A stretch of DNA of 64,000 nucleotides, taken from an uncultured Coriobacteriaceae bacterium. GTDB lineage: Bacteria; Actinomycetota; Coriobacteriia; Coriobacteriales; UMGS124. Below, piece after piece: positions 20,255 to 31,420 of this stretch. A program made the position numbers and the translations under genes. Where the stretch lies: NCBI GenBank assembly GCA_964510125.1, contig CAZEAF010000001.1, forward strand, positions 2,362-66,361, written 5' to 3'. The notes below the pieces were generated by a model. It was not told the origin of the DNA, made no database searches, and saw nothing but the letters and a program-made list of their open reading frames with translations. How positions within the stretch are numbered: position 1 is the stretch's first letter; every line of letters starts with the position of its first letter.

Positions 20255-21564
20255 TGGCCGGGCAGCCCGCAGCCACCCCCGCAGGCCCTGGCGCACAGAC
20301 CCCACCGGCGCCGGAGAGCCCGGGTTTTGAGGCTCTCTACCTGCACATTCCCTTCTGCGCCCAGCGCTGCCGCTACTGCGACTTCACCACGGCCGCCATA
20401 CGCAAGGGCCATCCTCTCATAGGGGAATACCTCGAGGCACTCCTAGCCTGCCTTTCCCGGGTGTCTCGGGCAGGGCTCCTCTCCTGCGTGAGAACGGCCT
20501 ACATCGGCGGGGGGACGCCCACCATGCTGGGGGAGGGGCTGGTCCGCCTGGTGGCCGCCGTGCAGGAGGCCTGTCCTAGCATCCTCGAGCTTTCCTTCGA
20601 GGCCAACCCCGAGTCCCTGACCCCAGGCCTGGCGCGGGACCTGTCCGCAGCCGGCGCCACCCGGGTCTCCCTGGGCGTCCAGAGCCTGGTAGACGCCGAG
20701 CTCAGGGCCCTTGGCCGCATCCACGACGCCGCTCGAGCCAGGGATGCGGCAGGCTGGGCGGTGGACGCGGGCCTAGACCTCTCCTGCGACCTCATGTGCG
20801 GTATTCCCCTGCAGACCCCGGAGTCCTTCGACAGGTCACTTGCGGGCGTCCTGGCCGCCGGGGCAGGGCATGTGAGCGTCTATCCTCTCATGGTCGAGGA
20901 GGGCACACCCCTGGCCGCCGATTGTGAGCGCGGGGATTTGGCCTATCCCGACGAGGACCTGCAGGCATCCCTCATGGAGCAGGCTGCGCGGACCCTGGGG
21001 ACGGCGGGCCTTTCCCGTTACGAGGTGGCCTCCTACGCCCTTCCCGGCAAGAGCTGCGCCCACAACGTGGCCTACTGGACGGGCAGAAGCTACCTGGGCT
21101 TGGGCACCGGGGCCTCCTCCATGATGACGCCGGGGGAGTTCGACCAGCTGAGGGCCGCCATCCCCATGGAGGCCGTGCCCGAGGAGGACGAGACTCTGGA
21201 CCAGGTGGCATGGGACCGCGCCGCCCGGGTCCGCCTCTCCGTATGCGCCGAATCGGACGTCTTTGCCCAGCTCGTGAGGGCTGGACAGCCTGTGTGCATC
21301 AAGACCGAGACCCTGTCGGCCCGGGAGGCCCTGGCAGAGGATCTCATGCTGGGCATGCGCATGACGAAAGGGGTGCCGGCCTTCCTCTTGGACCGGGCCC
21401 GCGGCCTCATCCCCCTAGAGCAGCTGGACAAGGCCCTCAACCAGGTCGTCTCCCGCGGCCTGGCGTTTCTGGGGTCCGACGGGGGCCTGGTCCCCACCCA
21501 GCAGGGCTGGCTTTTGGGCAACGAGCTCTACGGGACCCTCTGGGACCTAGCCCACGGCGGATGA
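20251..21564 (+). CDS. hemW: radical SAM heme chaperone / oxygen-independent coproporphyrinogen-III oxidase-like
   Basis: LYLHIPFCAQRCRYCDF radical-SAM cluster motif. Conserved lepA-hemN/W neighbourhood. Overlaps the dus stop. Confidence 0.85.
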   Translation: MMAGQPAATPAGPGAQTPPAPESPGFEALYLHIPFCAQRCRYCDFTTAAIRKGHPLIGEYLEALLACLSRVSRAGLLSCVRTAYIGGGTPTMLGEGLVRLVAAVQEACPSILELSFEANPESLTPGLARDLSAAGATRVSLGVQSLVDAELRALGRIHDAARARDAAGWAVDAGLDLSCDLMCGIPLQTPESFDRSLAGVLAAGAGHVSVYPLMVEEGTPLAADCERGDLAYPDEDLQASLMEQAARTLGTAGLSRYEVASYALPGKSCAHNVAYWTGRSYLGLGTGASSMMTPGEFDQLRAAIPMEAVPEEDETLDQVAWDRAARVRLSVCAESDVFAQLVRAGQPVCIKTETLSAREALAEDLMLGMRMTKGVPAFLLDRARGLIPLEQLDKALNQVVSRGLAFLGSDGGLVPTQQGWLLGNELYGTLWDLAHGG

Positions 21565-21608
21565 GCGTTTGATGGGGGTGACAGGACGGCCTCCCGCATG
21601 GATAGAAT

Positions 21609-22772
21609 ATGACCAACGCGGCGCACCTGCCTGCGCCAGTCCCCGACCATGAGACGCGAGCTGCGACATTGGCTTCATCCACGAAGGACTACTACGACAT
21701 CCTGGGCGTCCCCAAAGACGCGTCCACCGACGACATCAAGCGGGCCTTCCGCAACAAGGCGCGCACGATGCATCCCGACGTGAACAAGGCGCCGGACGCT
21801 GAGGAGCGCTTCAAGGAGGTCTCAGAGGCCTACGAGACCCTGTCCGACCCCACCAAGCGGTCGCGCTACGATGCCTTGAGGTCGGGGCAGTTCACCACCC
21901 AGAACCCCTATGCCTCAAGCCCCTCCGGAGGGGCCTCCACCGCAGGTGCCGGCGGATTTGACGGCTGGCCCTTCGGTTGGCCCTTCAGCCCCTTCGGCAG
22001 TCCCTTCGCTGGCGCGTCCACGGCCGGCGGCAGGTCGGCGCGGGGCACGGCCCCCTTTACGAGCGAGCCCGGGGCGACCCGCCGCATCAACATGACCCTC
22101 ACTAGGGATGAGGCCCGTCAGGGGGCCAAGAAGACCGTCACCTTCGAGCGCTTCGAGCGCTGCGAGACCTGTGAGGGCCGCGGTGCGCGCAGCTCCTCAG
22201 ACGTGGCCACCTGCCCCACCTGCCACGGAAGCGGCAAGGTCACCGCCCGTATCCAGACGTTCATGGGCGACGCCGTCCAGACCGTCAAGTGCCCCGAGTG
22301 CTCGGGCTCGGGCAAGGTCATAACCAACCTCTGCCCTAACTGCTCGGGCTCGGGCACCCATCTCAGGCGGGCTACGGTCACCATCGACATCCCGGCCGAC
22401 TCCCATGACGGTGGCTCCCTGGTCGTGGAGGGGGCGGGTGACGCGGGCCGCAACGGCGGGCGCGTGGGCAACCTCCTCGTGGAGTTCACCGTGCCCTCCG
22501 AGCACCTGACCCACAATCAGGAGATTGCCTTCACGGGCCTGGGCATCGTGCTCTCGCTGGTCCTGTGTACGGTCTTCTTCAACACTATCCTGCGCATCCT
22601 CACCTTCTTCGCTCTGCCCCTCTTCTTCCTCTTCCTCATGGTCCCCATGGGTGGCCGCAAGCGGGGAGGCAGCTTTGCCAACCGGGCTGCCAGGCGCGTG
22701 GGCTTTGGCATGCTCATCGGTCTGTTTTTGTTTATCCTGTTCATTCCTTTCAGCTCGTTCTTGGCTTTTTAG
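21609..22772 (+). CDS. membrane-anchored DnaJ paralogue (J domain + G/F region + 4x CxxCxGxG zinc finger + C-terminal TM helices)
   Basis: DYYDILGV...MHPDVN (HPD motif). Zinc fingers [32 protein letters not shown]. The last 85 aa or so are hydrophobic ([19 protein letters not shown]..., [35 protein letters not shown]). An in-frame TTG at 21669 is an alternative start. Confidence 0.8.
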   Translation: MTNAAHLPAPVPDHETRAATLASSTKDYYDILGVPKDASTDDIKRAFRNKARTMHPDVNKAPDAEERFKEVSEAYETLSDPTKRSRYDALRSGQFTTQNPYASSPSGGASTAGAGGFDGWPFGWPFSPFGSPFAGASTAGGRSARGTAPFTSEPGATRRINMTLTRDEARQGAKKTVTFERFERCETCEGRGARSSSDVATCPTCHGSGKVTARIQTFMGDAVQTVKCPECSGSGKVITNLCPNCSGSGTHLRRATVTIDIPADSHDGGSLVVEGAGDAGRNGGRVGNLLVEFTVPSEHLTHNQEIAFTGLGIVLSLVLCTVFFNTILRILTFFALPLFFLFLMVPMGGRKRGGSFANRAARRVGFGMLIGLFLFILFIPFSSFLAF

Positions 22773-22837
22773 TAACCAGGGCGAGGATGAGGGTATAAGG
22801 TCGCTTGCGACGGCAGAGGCGAGGAGACGGACTGTTC

Positions 22838-23962
22838 ATGGCTCAGACCAAAGACTATTACGCAATCCTGGGCGTAGACCGGGCGGCAAGCGGGGAGGAC
22901 ATACAGCGTGCCTTCCGCAAGAAGGCCGTGGCCCTGCACCCCGACGTTAACAAGGCGCCGGACGCCGAGGAGCGTTTCAAGGAGGTCAACGAAGCCTACG
23001 AGGTCCTCTCCGATGAGAAGAAGCGGGACTTCTACGACCGTTACGGCACCGTGGACGGCTACGGCCAGGGCATGCCCGACATGGGCGACATCTTTGGCGG
23101 CTTCGATATGAGCGACCTCTTCAGTGCCTTCTTCAACGGCGGGGCTTCCACGGGTGGCCGCGCCGCACGGACTGAGGGCCGCGACATGGGCGCCCAGATT
23201 CGCGTCAGCCTGGCCGACGCTGCCGTGGGCGTCTCCAAGCAGATTGCCTACAACCGCCTGGCTACCTGCGATGCCTGCAAGGGCACAGGTTGCGCCGACG
23301 GGGGCCACCAGGTCAGCTGCCGCACCTGCCACGGGTCTGGTCAGGTGGTGACCACCCAGCGCACCCTGCTCGGTCAGATGCAGACCAGGTCGGTATGTCC
23401 TGACTGCGGCGGCTCCGGAACGGTCATCGACCACCCCTGCCCTGAGTGCGACGGCCAAGGTCGCGCCCCCGAGCGCGAGCGCGTCTCCGTGGACATTCCC
23501 GCCGGCGTGCGTGACGGCCAGCAGCTGAGGGTCGACGGCAAGGGCGAGGCCGGCCTGCGCGGGTCCCACTCCGGCGACCTGATTGTGACCGTGATTGTTG
23601 ATGGGGACGAGTCCTTCCAGCGCGACGGGGACGATTTGCACGTCCGCGTGGAGGCCTCCATCACCCAGGCCGCCCTGGGCGCCACCGTCACAATCGACGG
23701 CATCCTGCCTGACGAGACGGTGGACATCCAGGTCCCCGCCGGCTGCCAGACCGACCAGGTGGTTCGGGTGCGCAAGCAGGGCATGCCCCGCCTGGGCCGC
23801 AGCGACCGGGGCGACCTTTTCGCCCATATCGACGTCGTCGTGCCCAAGTCGCTCACGTCCGAGCAGCGCGAGCTTTTGGAGAAGCTGTCGGCGACCCTGG
23901 ACGACGCCGAAAACAAGCCCCGCCGCACCCCCTGGCAGCGTCTGCGCGACGCCCTCTCCTAA
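22838..23962 (+). CDS. dnaJ: molecular chaperone DnaJ (canonical type I)
   Basis: Full J domain, G/F region, 4 zinc-finger motifs, CTD I/II and dimerisation tail. Confidence 0.95.
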   Translation: MAQTKDYYAILGVDRAASGEDIQRAFRKKAVALHPDVNKAPDAEERFKEVNEAYEVLSDEKKRDFYDRYGTVDGYGQGMPDMGDIFGGFDMSDLFSAFFNGGASTGGRAARTEGRDMGAQIRVSLADAAVGVSKQIAYNRLATCDACKGTGCADGGHQVSCRTCHGSGQVVTTQRTLLGQMQTRSVCPDCGGSGTVIDHPCPECDGQGRAPERERVSVDIPAGVRDGQQLRVDGKGEAGLRGSHSGDLIVTVIVDGDESFQRDGDDLHVRVEASITQAALGATVTIDGILPDETVDIQVPAGCQTDQVVRVRKQGMPRLGRSDRGDLFAHIDVVVPKSLTSEQRELLEKLSATLDDAENKPRRTPWQRLRDALS

Positions 23963-23974
23963 GGCAGGGCGCCT

Positions 23975-25444
<1,470 letters not shown>

Positions 25445-25541
25445 TAAACTGCATCTTCGGTCCAGACCCCCGACTTGGCGGCAAGCGCCACACACTACCG
25501 CTCGGCTGGGGGCGTCTTCAACAACAGTGGAGGAAATAGCA

Positions 25542-25817
25542 ATGATTACCAAGGAACAGCGCGCCCAGATTGTCGCCGAGTATGGCAAGGACGAGCACGA
25601 TACCGGCTCCTCGAACGTCCAGGTCGCCCTGCTCACGGCCCGCATCAAGGACCTGACCGAGCACATGAAGCGCAACCCCAAGGACTTCCACAGCCGCCGC
25701 GGCCTGCTCATGCTGGTCGGCCAGCGCCGCCGCCTGCTCGTCTACATCCGCAACCACGACATCAACGAGTACCGCGAGCTCATCGCCCGCCTGGGTATCC
25801 GCGACAACATCCAGTAG
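25542..25817 (+). CDS. rpsO: 30S ribosomal protein S15
   Basis: MITKEQRAQIVAEYGKDEHDTGSSNVQVALLTARIKDLTEHMK. GGAGGAAA precedes ATG 25542. Confidence 0.96.
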   Translation: MITKEQRAQIVAEYGKDEHDTGSSNVQVALLTARIKDLTEHMKRNPKDFHSRRGLLMLVGQRRRLLVYIRNHDINEYRELIARLGIRDNIQ

Positions 25818-25825
25818 TTTGGCAT

Positions 25826-25850
25826 GGGGGACGGGAAACCGCCCCCTTTT
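25826..25850 (+). terminator. rho-independent terminator/attenuator after rpsO
   Basis: GGGGGACGG-gaaa-CCGCCCCC hairpin (one bulged A) followed by TTTT. Confidence 0.6.
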
Positions 25851-25932
25851 CGTCGGGGCGTCTGATTCCCAGGAGGGTTCAGGCGCCCTCGCTCGTCAGG
25901 GGAGACGGTCTTCCCTGCACAGCCAAAGGCAG

Positions 25933-25956
25933 CCCGTCGGCAATGGGGCCGACGGG
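25933..25956 (+). promoter_or_regulatory. perfect 9-bp stem hairpin in the pnp leader (candidate processing/autoregulation element)
   Basis: CCCGTCGGC-aatggg-GCCGACGGG lies 12 nt before the pnp start region. Confidence 0.45.
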
Positions 25957-25967
25957 GATCGAGGAGA

Positions 25968-28259
25968 ATGGTTTTCAGCATGGCAAAGGTAACACACGAG
26001 TTCGACCTCTATGGCAAACACTACGTGCTCGAGACCGGTGAGCTCGCCAAGCAGGCCACGGGCGCCGTCCTCGTCAAGCAGGGCGACACGACAATCCTGC
26101 TCACGGTCGTCGTCTCCAAAGAACGCAAAAACTACGACTTCTTCCCGCTCACGGTCGACTTCCAGGAGCGCATGTACTCCGTGGGTCGCATCCCCGGCGG
26201 CTATCTCAAGCGCGAGACCCGTCCCACGGACAAGGCCACGCTCACGGCCCGCATGATCGACCGTCCCATCCGCCCCTCCTTCCCGGACGGCTTCCGCAAT
26301 GAGGTCCAGATTGTCGCGACATCCCTGGTGTGCGACCAGGTGAATCCCTTCGACGTCATCTGCACCATGGGCGCATCGGCCGCCATGTACGTGGGCGGCG
26401 TGCCCTTTGAGGGTCCCCTGGCCTGCGTTCGCATCGGCCGCGACCGCGACACCCAGGAGTTCATCGTCAACCCCACCTACACCGAGCAGGACAACTCCGA
26501 CCTTGACCTGGAGCTGGCCGGCACCGGCGACTTCATCTCCATGGTGGAGGCCGGCGCGGAGGAGATTTCCGAGGAAGACATGCTGGCCGCCATGCAGTTC
26601 GGCCAGCAGGCCATCGGCGCCTTCTGCGAGCAGCAGAACATCTTCTTCGAGAAGGTCGCCCAGGCCAACGGGCCCATCCTCAAGAAGGAGTACGTGCTCG
26701 ACGAGCCCAGCGCCTATGTGCACAACAAAGTGTTCGCCCACCTCGACCAGATGAGCGCCGCCCTCAAGGACCCCGACAAGCTGTCCCGCATGGGCAAGGT
26801 CGACGAGCTCAAGGCCTCCATCGTGGCCGAGTTCACCGACGAGGAGCAGGCCCAGTTCGAGCGCGAGCTGCCCGTCGAGCTCAAGAGCCTTGAGAAGCAC
26901 GCCATGCGCCGCATGGTCGTCGAGACCGGCGAGCGCGTGGACGGCCGCACGCCCACCGAAATCCGCCCCATCATGGTCAAGCCCGACTACCTGCCCCTGG
27001 TCCACGGCTCCGGCCTCTTCCAGCGTGGCCAGACCCAGGTCCTGTCGGTGCTCACGCTCGGCATGCTCAACGAGTGGCAGCGCTTCGACACCATCGAGCC
27101 CATCGACGGCAAGCGCTACATTCACCAGTACAACTTCCCGCCCTACTGCACCGGCGAGACCGGCCGCATCGGCGCCCCCAAGCGCCGCGAGATTGGCCAT
27201 GGCGCCCTGGCTGAGCGCGCCTTGCGCCCGGTCATCCCCTCTGAGGACGAGTTCCCCTACACCATCCGCGTCGTCTCCGACGTCATGGAGTCCAACGGCT
27301 CCTCGTCCATGGCTTCCACCTGCGGCTCCACCCTCGCCCTCATGGACGGCGGCGTGCCCATCAAGCGACCCGTCTCCGGCATCGCCATGGGTCTGATTCA
27401 AGAGGAGGGCAAGACCGTCATCCTGTCCGACATCCAGGGCCTGGAGGACTTCCTGGGCGACATGGACTTCAAGGTGACGGGCACCTCCAAGGGCATCACG
27501 GCCATGCAGATGGACAACAAGGCCACCGGCCTCACCTTCGACATCCTGTCCCACGCCCTGGCCCAGGCCAAGGAGGGCCGCGCCTTCATCCTCGACAAGA
27601 TGCTGGCCGCCATCGACGCCCCCCGCACGCAGATCCGCGAGAACGCGCCCCACATCATCACCATCCACATCCCCACGGACAAGATCCGCGACGTCATTGG
27701 GTCCGGCGGCAAGACCATCCGCGGTATCCAGGAGGACACGGGCGCCCAGATCGACATCCAGGAGGACGGCACCGTCTACATCGGCGCGACCGACTCCGGC
27801 GCCGAGGAGGCCCGCGCCCGCATCGAGGCCCTGGTCAAGGTCCCCGAGGTGGGCGAGGAGTACCACGGCCGCGTCGTGGGCATCCAGCCCTTCGGCGCCT
27901 TTGTTGAGCTCCTGCCCGGCAAGGACGGCCTGCTCCACATCAGCCGCGTCGCCAAGGGTCGCGTCGACAAGGTTGAGGACGTACTCAACGTGGGCGACGA
28001 GGTGCACGTCAAGATCATCGACGTGGACGAGAAGGGCAAGGTCTCGCTCGACCGTCTCGACAAGCCCGAGGCTCCGGAGCATTCCGGCGGGCACCGTCCC
28101 GAGCGCTCCGACCGCCGCGGCGAGGGCAGCTCGCGCTATGAGGGCGGACGCAACCCTCGCCGTCCTGGCGACCACGGCATGGGCGCCCGCTCCTCCTATG
28201 ACAAGGACGACGAGCCGGCTATGCCCCAACGTACCCCGCGCCGTCATCACGAGGGCTAA
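25968..28259 (+). CDS. pnp: polyribonucleotide nucleotidyltransferase (PNPase)
   Basis: Two RNase PH domains, KH and S1 domains, with a basic/acidic C-terminal tail. Alternative start at 25980. Confidence 0.96.
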   Translation: MVFSMAKVTHEFDLYGKHYVLETGELAKQATGAVLVKQGDTTILLTVVVSKERKNYDFFPLTVDFQERMYSVGRIPGGYLKRETRPTDKATLTARMIDRPIRPSFPDGFRNEVQIVATSLVCDQVNPFDVICTMGASAAMYVGGVPFEGPLACVRIGRDRDTQEFIVNPTYTEQDNSDLDLELAGTGDFISMVEAGAEEISEEDMLAAMQFGQQAIGAFCEQQNIFFEKVAQANGPILKKEYVLDEPSAYVHNKVFAHLDQMSAALKDPDKLSRMGKVDELKASIVAEFTDEEQAQFERELPVELKSLEKHAMRRMVVETGERVDGRTPTEIRPIMVKPDYLPLVHGSGLFQRGQTQVLSVLTLGMLNEWQRFDTIEPIDGKRYIHQYNFPPYCTGETGRIGAPKRREIGHGALAERALRPVIPSEDEFPYTIRVVSDVMESNGSSSMASTCGSTLALMDGGVPIKRPVSGIAMGLIQEEGKTVILSDIQGLEDFLGDMDFKVTGTSKGITAMQMDNKATGLTFDILSHALAQAKEGRAFILDKMLAAIDAPRTQIRENAPHIITIHIPTDKIRDVIGSGGKTIRGIQEDTGAQIDIQEDGTVYIGATDSGAEEARARIEALVKVPEVGEEYHGRVVGIQPFGAFVELLPGKDGLLHISRVAKGRVDKVEDVLNVGDEVHVKIIDVDEKGKVSLDRLDKPEAPEHSGGHRPERSDRRGEGSSRYEGGRNPRRPGDHGMGARSSYDKDDEPAMPQRTPRRHHEG

Positions 28260-28390
28260 GGGTTGAGTTGAGCTTGAGGCATCTAAACTAAGGCTTGAGT
28301 AAAGCCTGAGAGTCTGGGGCCAAAAGCTATTTGAATTCACGTTAGGCGGCATTGACGCGCCTTGTAAGCGCGGGAAAGCGAGGACGGTGC

Positions 28391-29371
28391 ATGGATAGGG
28401 AATCCAGGCGCCGCCCTCGCCCCGTGTTGGCGGCCCTTGGCTGGCTGCTGGCCCTGGTCGGCCTGGTGGGGACCCTTCTGCACTGGGTGCCGGATACCCT
28501 GGATGGGATTGCGCCCCTGCCCCAGCTCATAGCCCTGCGGCCCCTTTGGGGGATTGTCGGCCTGGCGGGACTGGTCCTGGCCTTGCTTGCCCGGCGGCGG
28601 GCGGCCTGCGTCTTGGCGGCTGTGGGGCTGGCTCTGCAGGCATACCTGTTTGTTCCCTACCTCATTGCCGAATCCCCCAGCCTTGAGAGCCCATTCCACC
28701 TGACAGTCATGACCCTCAACACCCAGGTGGGGCAGGCCGACGCAGACAAAATCACGAGCCTGGTCAGGGACCGGGGCATCTCCGTCCTCTGCCTGCAGGA
28801 GCTGACGGCTGAGGGGGTCGCGAGCCTTGAGCAAGCGGGCCTGGCCGACCTTCTCCCATATCGGGTCGGTGCCTGCCCGGGCGACCAGGTGTGGAGTGTC
28901 CTGCCGTTGGAGAAGTGTGTCGACGACGCTGTGGGATATTCAGGTTCGGCCATGGCGGCGGGGACGGTGGTTGTGAACGGCAGGCGGGTCCGCTTTGTGA
29001 GCGTCCACACCTGCTCTGCCACCCCTGGCTACGAGACCCTTTGGAACCAGAGTCTTTCCGACGTAGCCCGCGTGGGCAGCGTCGACGCGGGATATGAGGC
29101 TGGTGACACCTACGCCTTGCTGGGCGATTTCAATGCCACGCCCGACCACGCCTCATTCCGAGCCATCCTCGACGCCGGTTTTGCCGACGCCGCCTTTACC
29201 GCAGGAGGAGGCTATCGGGGGACCTGGCCGCGCCTGGGCTCGGCCGGTCTCATCGACCTGGACCATGTCCTGTGCGGGGACGGGATCTTCGCTGAGAGCC
29301 TGGAGGTCGTGGCCGTCGAGGGCACCGACCATATGGGCCTGGTCGCCGAGCTTTTGGTGGGCCGCGCCTAG
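28391..29371 (+). CDS. membrane-anchored endonuclease/exonuclease/phosphatase (EEP) family protein
   Basis: Three N-terminal TM helices, then VMTLNTQVG...VLCLQELT and a C-terminal DH motif typical of the EEP fold. Confidence 0.7.
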   Translation: MDRESRRRPRPVLAALGWLLALVGLVGTLLHWVPDTLDGIAPLPQLIALRPLWGIVGLAGLVLALLARRRAACVLAAVGLALQAYLFVPYLIAESPSLESPFHLTVMTLNTQVGQADADKITSLVRDRGISVLCLQELTAEGVASLEQAGLADLLPYRVGACPGDQVWSVLPLEKCVDDAVGYSGSAMAAGTVVVNGRRVRFVSVHTCSATPGYETLWNQSLSDVARVGSVDAGYEAGDTYALLGDFNATPDHASFRAILDAGFADAAFTAGGGYRGTWPRLGSAGLIDLDHVLCGDGIFAESLEVVAVEGTDHMGLVAELLVGRA

Positions 29372-29384
29372 ACGAGCATCTGTC

Positions 29385-30389
29385 TCACCGGCGCCCCAAG
29401 ACGGCGTCCGCGCCACCGGCAAGGCCGCGGGCATCCGAGTCGGTATTGTCGGGCCGGTCGGGGGTGCCATGGCTGCCGGGGCGGCCGGGTTCTGCGGGCT
29501 TGAGGGCGACCAGCAGGGCCGCGCTGATGACGGCCTCAAGGGCAAAGGCGGCCACGGCAAGCGGCGTGAACCCGGGCGTCGCAACCAGCATGGCGTTGTA
29601 CCACATGTGCGAGAGGATGCAGCAGGCGACGCCCCCAGTCTGGGCCCTCACGAGGGCAAAGGAGTAGCTCAGGCAGACGCCCACCAGCAGGACCGACCAG
29701 AAGGGGACGGTCTGCTGAAAGGTCCCCGGCACAAGGAAGAGGGGCAGGTGCCAGAAGCCCCAGACAAGGCCGGTGGCCAGAGGGGCGAGCAAGCGGGCTC
29801 CCGCGGGCGAGACCCTGCCCTCATCGGACGTGTCGCAGGCACCTCCAAAAGCGCGCGTCAGGCAGGGCTCGAGGAAGCCTCGCCAGCCGACCTCCTCCAG
29901 GCCGCCCCCGAGAAGGAGGACCGGAAGGCCCGTCAGGAAGGACAAGGCCGCCACGCCCGGGCTCGAGGGAAAGCCGAAGACGAATGAGAACATGAGGTAG
30001 CGCCAGACGGCGAGGGCGAAGAAGACCAAAGCTGCCCGCCAACTCGGGCGCAGGCCGAACGCCGTCTTGGCAAAGGAGGCGGGGGCGATACCCGCCGCGG
30101 CCAGCCGCCCATGCAGGAAATAGGTCGCGAACATGGGTGCCAGGGTGCCCAGGACCAAGAAGATCGCCGCCCAGTCCCAGGCTGCCGACCCCTCGCCCCC
30201 GAGGACCCTCATGAGGCCGGCACAGAGCCAGGCAATCCAGGAGATTCCAAAGGTCAGGGCGGCATAGGCCCCGGCCAGTCCCAATGCCTGCCGAGCCGGG
30301 GTGGGGGAGTGGCGCCTCCGGCCCCCGTCCTTTGCCCGACCCCCACGTGCGCCCACCGTTCGCCCCCCTCGTTCGTGCTGCCTTTGCAT
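29385..30389 (-). CDS. CPBP-family intramembrane glutamic endopeptidase (CAAX protease-like)
   Basis: Polytopic protein with motifs EEVGWRGFL, FWHLP and HMWYN. Confidence 0.75.
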   Translation of the reverse strand: MQRQHERGGRTVGARGGRAKDGGRRRHSPTPARQALGLAGAYAALTFGISWIAWLCAGLMRVLGGEGSAAWDWAAIFLVLGTLAPMFATYFLHGRLAAAGIAPASFAKTAFGLRPSWRAALVFFALAVWRYLMFSFVFGFPSSPGVAALSFLTGLPVLLLGGGLEEVGWRGFLEPCLTRAFGGACDTSDEGRVSPAGARLLAPLATGLVWGFWHLPLFLVPGTFQQTVPFWSVLLVGVCLSYSFALVRAQTGGVACCILSHMWYNAMLVATPGFTPLAVAAFALEAVISAALLVALKPAEPGRPGSHGTPDRPDNTDSDARGLAGGADAVLGRR

Positions 30390-30472
30390 GCTTGGCGGGA
30401 ATCCCGATCTTTTGCGAGTGTAGCATCTGTATCCTTAGCCCTGTCGCTTGTTGGTTGCATAAAGGAGGAGTC

Positions 30473-31270
30473 ATGATCAGCGTCGTCGTGTCGGGTGCAA
30501 AGGGCCGTATGGGAAGCTGCGTCGTCGAAGCCGTGTCCGCGGCCGAGGACCTCAGGCTCAAAGGCTGCTTCGACCCCTTCAACGAGGGCGAGGTCATCTC
30601 CTGCGCTGACGGTGACTTCGCCTGCTCGGCCGACCTGGCCTGCTTGCTCGACCAGGTCAAGCCCGACGTCCTGGTCGACTTCAGTCATCCCAAGGCGGCT
30701 CCCGCTAATGTGGCCTGCGCCCTTGACCATGGCGTCTCGGTCGTCTTGGGCACCACCGGCTCCACTCCCGAGGCCTTGGAGCAAATCTGGCGCGACCACG
30801 CCAAGGATGGCGCCAAGCTCTTCTTTGCCCCCAACTTCACGACTGGCGCCGTGCTCATGATGAGGTTTGCCCAGCTAGCGGCCCCTTACTTTGGCGACAT
30901 CGAGATTGTGGAGATGCATCACGACGGCAAGAAGGACGCTCCCTCAGGCACAGCTGTGCAGACGGCGCGCATGATAGGGGAGGCCCGCGGCCATGTGGCC
31001 AACCTGGGCCCCGGACCCGAAACCGAGACCAAGGGCCACATGGGCGCCCGCGGCTGCGAGGAGGACGGAGTCCGCATTCACGCCATCCGCGGAGCAGGCT
31101 ACATGGCCTCGCAGGAGGTCATTCTGTCCAGCGCTGGACAGACCCTGAGCATCCGCCACGACTCCACCGAGCGCGCCTCCTACATGCCCGGCGTCCTTTT
31201 GGCCATCAGGTCCATCCCCACTATGGAACCCGGCTTCCTGGTGGGCCTGGACAAGCTTATGGGCCTGTAG
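30473..31270 (+). CDS. dapB: 4-hydroxy-tetrahydrodipicolinate reductase
   Basis: VVSGAKGRMGS NAD(P)-binding motif and EMHHDGKKDAPSGTA. AAGGAGG precedes ATG 30473. The ORF-track N-terminal extension was trimmed. Confidence 0.92.
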   Translation: MISVVVSGAKGRMGSCVVEAVSAAEDLRLKGCFDPFNEGEVISCADGDFACSADLACLLDQVKPDVLVDFSHPKAAPANVACALDHGVSVVLGTTGSTPEALEQIWRDHAKDGAKLFFAPNFTTGAVLMMRFAQLAAPYFGDIEIVEMHHDGKKDAPSGTAVQTARMIGEARGHVANLGPGPETETKGHMGARGCEEDGVRIHAIRGAGYMASQEVILSSAGQTLSIRHDSTERASYMPGVLLAIRSIPTMEPGFLVGLDKLMGL

Positions 31271-31420
31271 GATTGGCGGGGAAAAACGCAGATTCGGCGC
31301 CCGTAGATACCCCAGAATTCACGGGTGCTGCGCAGCTAAGCGCCACCTGCGGTCTAAGATAAGGACAGACGGCCACTCTTGTGTCTCATGCAGCGGGTGG
31401 CGGACGGGAGGGAGAGCACC

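Noticed and set aside
21565-22837. CIRCE (TTAGCACTC-N9-GAGTGCTAA) upstream of the two dnaJ genes, and a missing hrcA.
   Set aside because: No CIRCE-like inverted repeat is visible in either short gap (21565-21608, 22773-22837), and there is no hrcA ORF. The absence itself is reported under the DnaJ paralogue finding.
28261-28320. A run of TTGAG repeats (GGTTGAGTTGAGCTTGAGG...GGCTTGAGT) after pnp that partially resembles the HspR HAIR element CTTGAGT-N7-ACTCAAG.
   Set aside because: The right half-sites match poorly (5/7 at best). The context, downstream of pnp and upstream of an EEP nuclease, is not a heat-shock gene. It more likely contributes a weak 3' hairpin (AGGCTT-gagta-AAGCCT).
25896-28352. 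An 818-aa ORF on the minus strand, the longest in its region.
   Set aside because: It is exactly antisense to pnp, whose product has unmistakable PNPase domains. Its translation is Gly/Ala/Val/Leu/Asp-rich with no motifs. Long stop-free antisense frames are expected in G+C-rich coding DNA.
29094-30660. Overlapping ORFs 29094-29987 (+) and 29821-30660 (-), both rich in R/P/G.
   Set aside because: They are alternative frames of the CPBP protease gene and its flanks. The CPBP frame carries the family motifs (EEVGWRGFL, FWHLP); the others have arginine/proline-rich junk composition.
31271-31420. The 150-nt dapB-dapA gap, as a possible lysine riboswitch.
   Set aside because: It is too short for an L-box. 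I could not find the conserved L-box core, only short generic hairpins.
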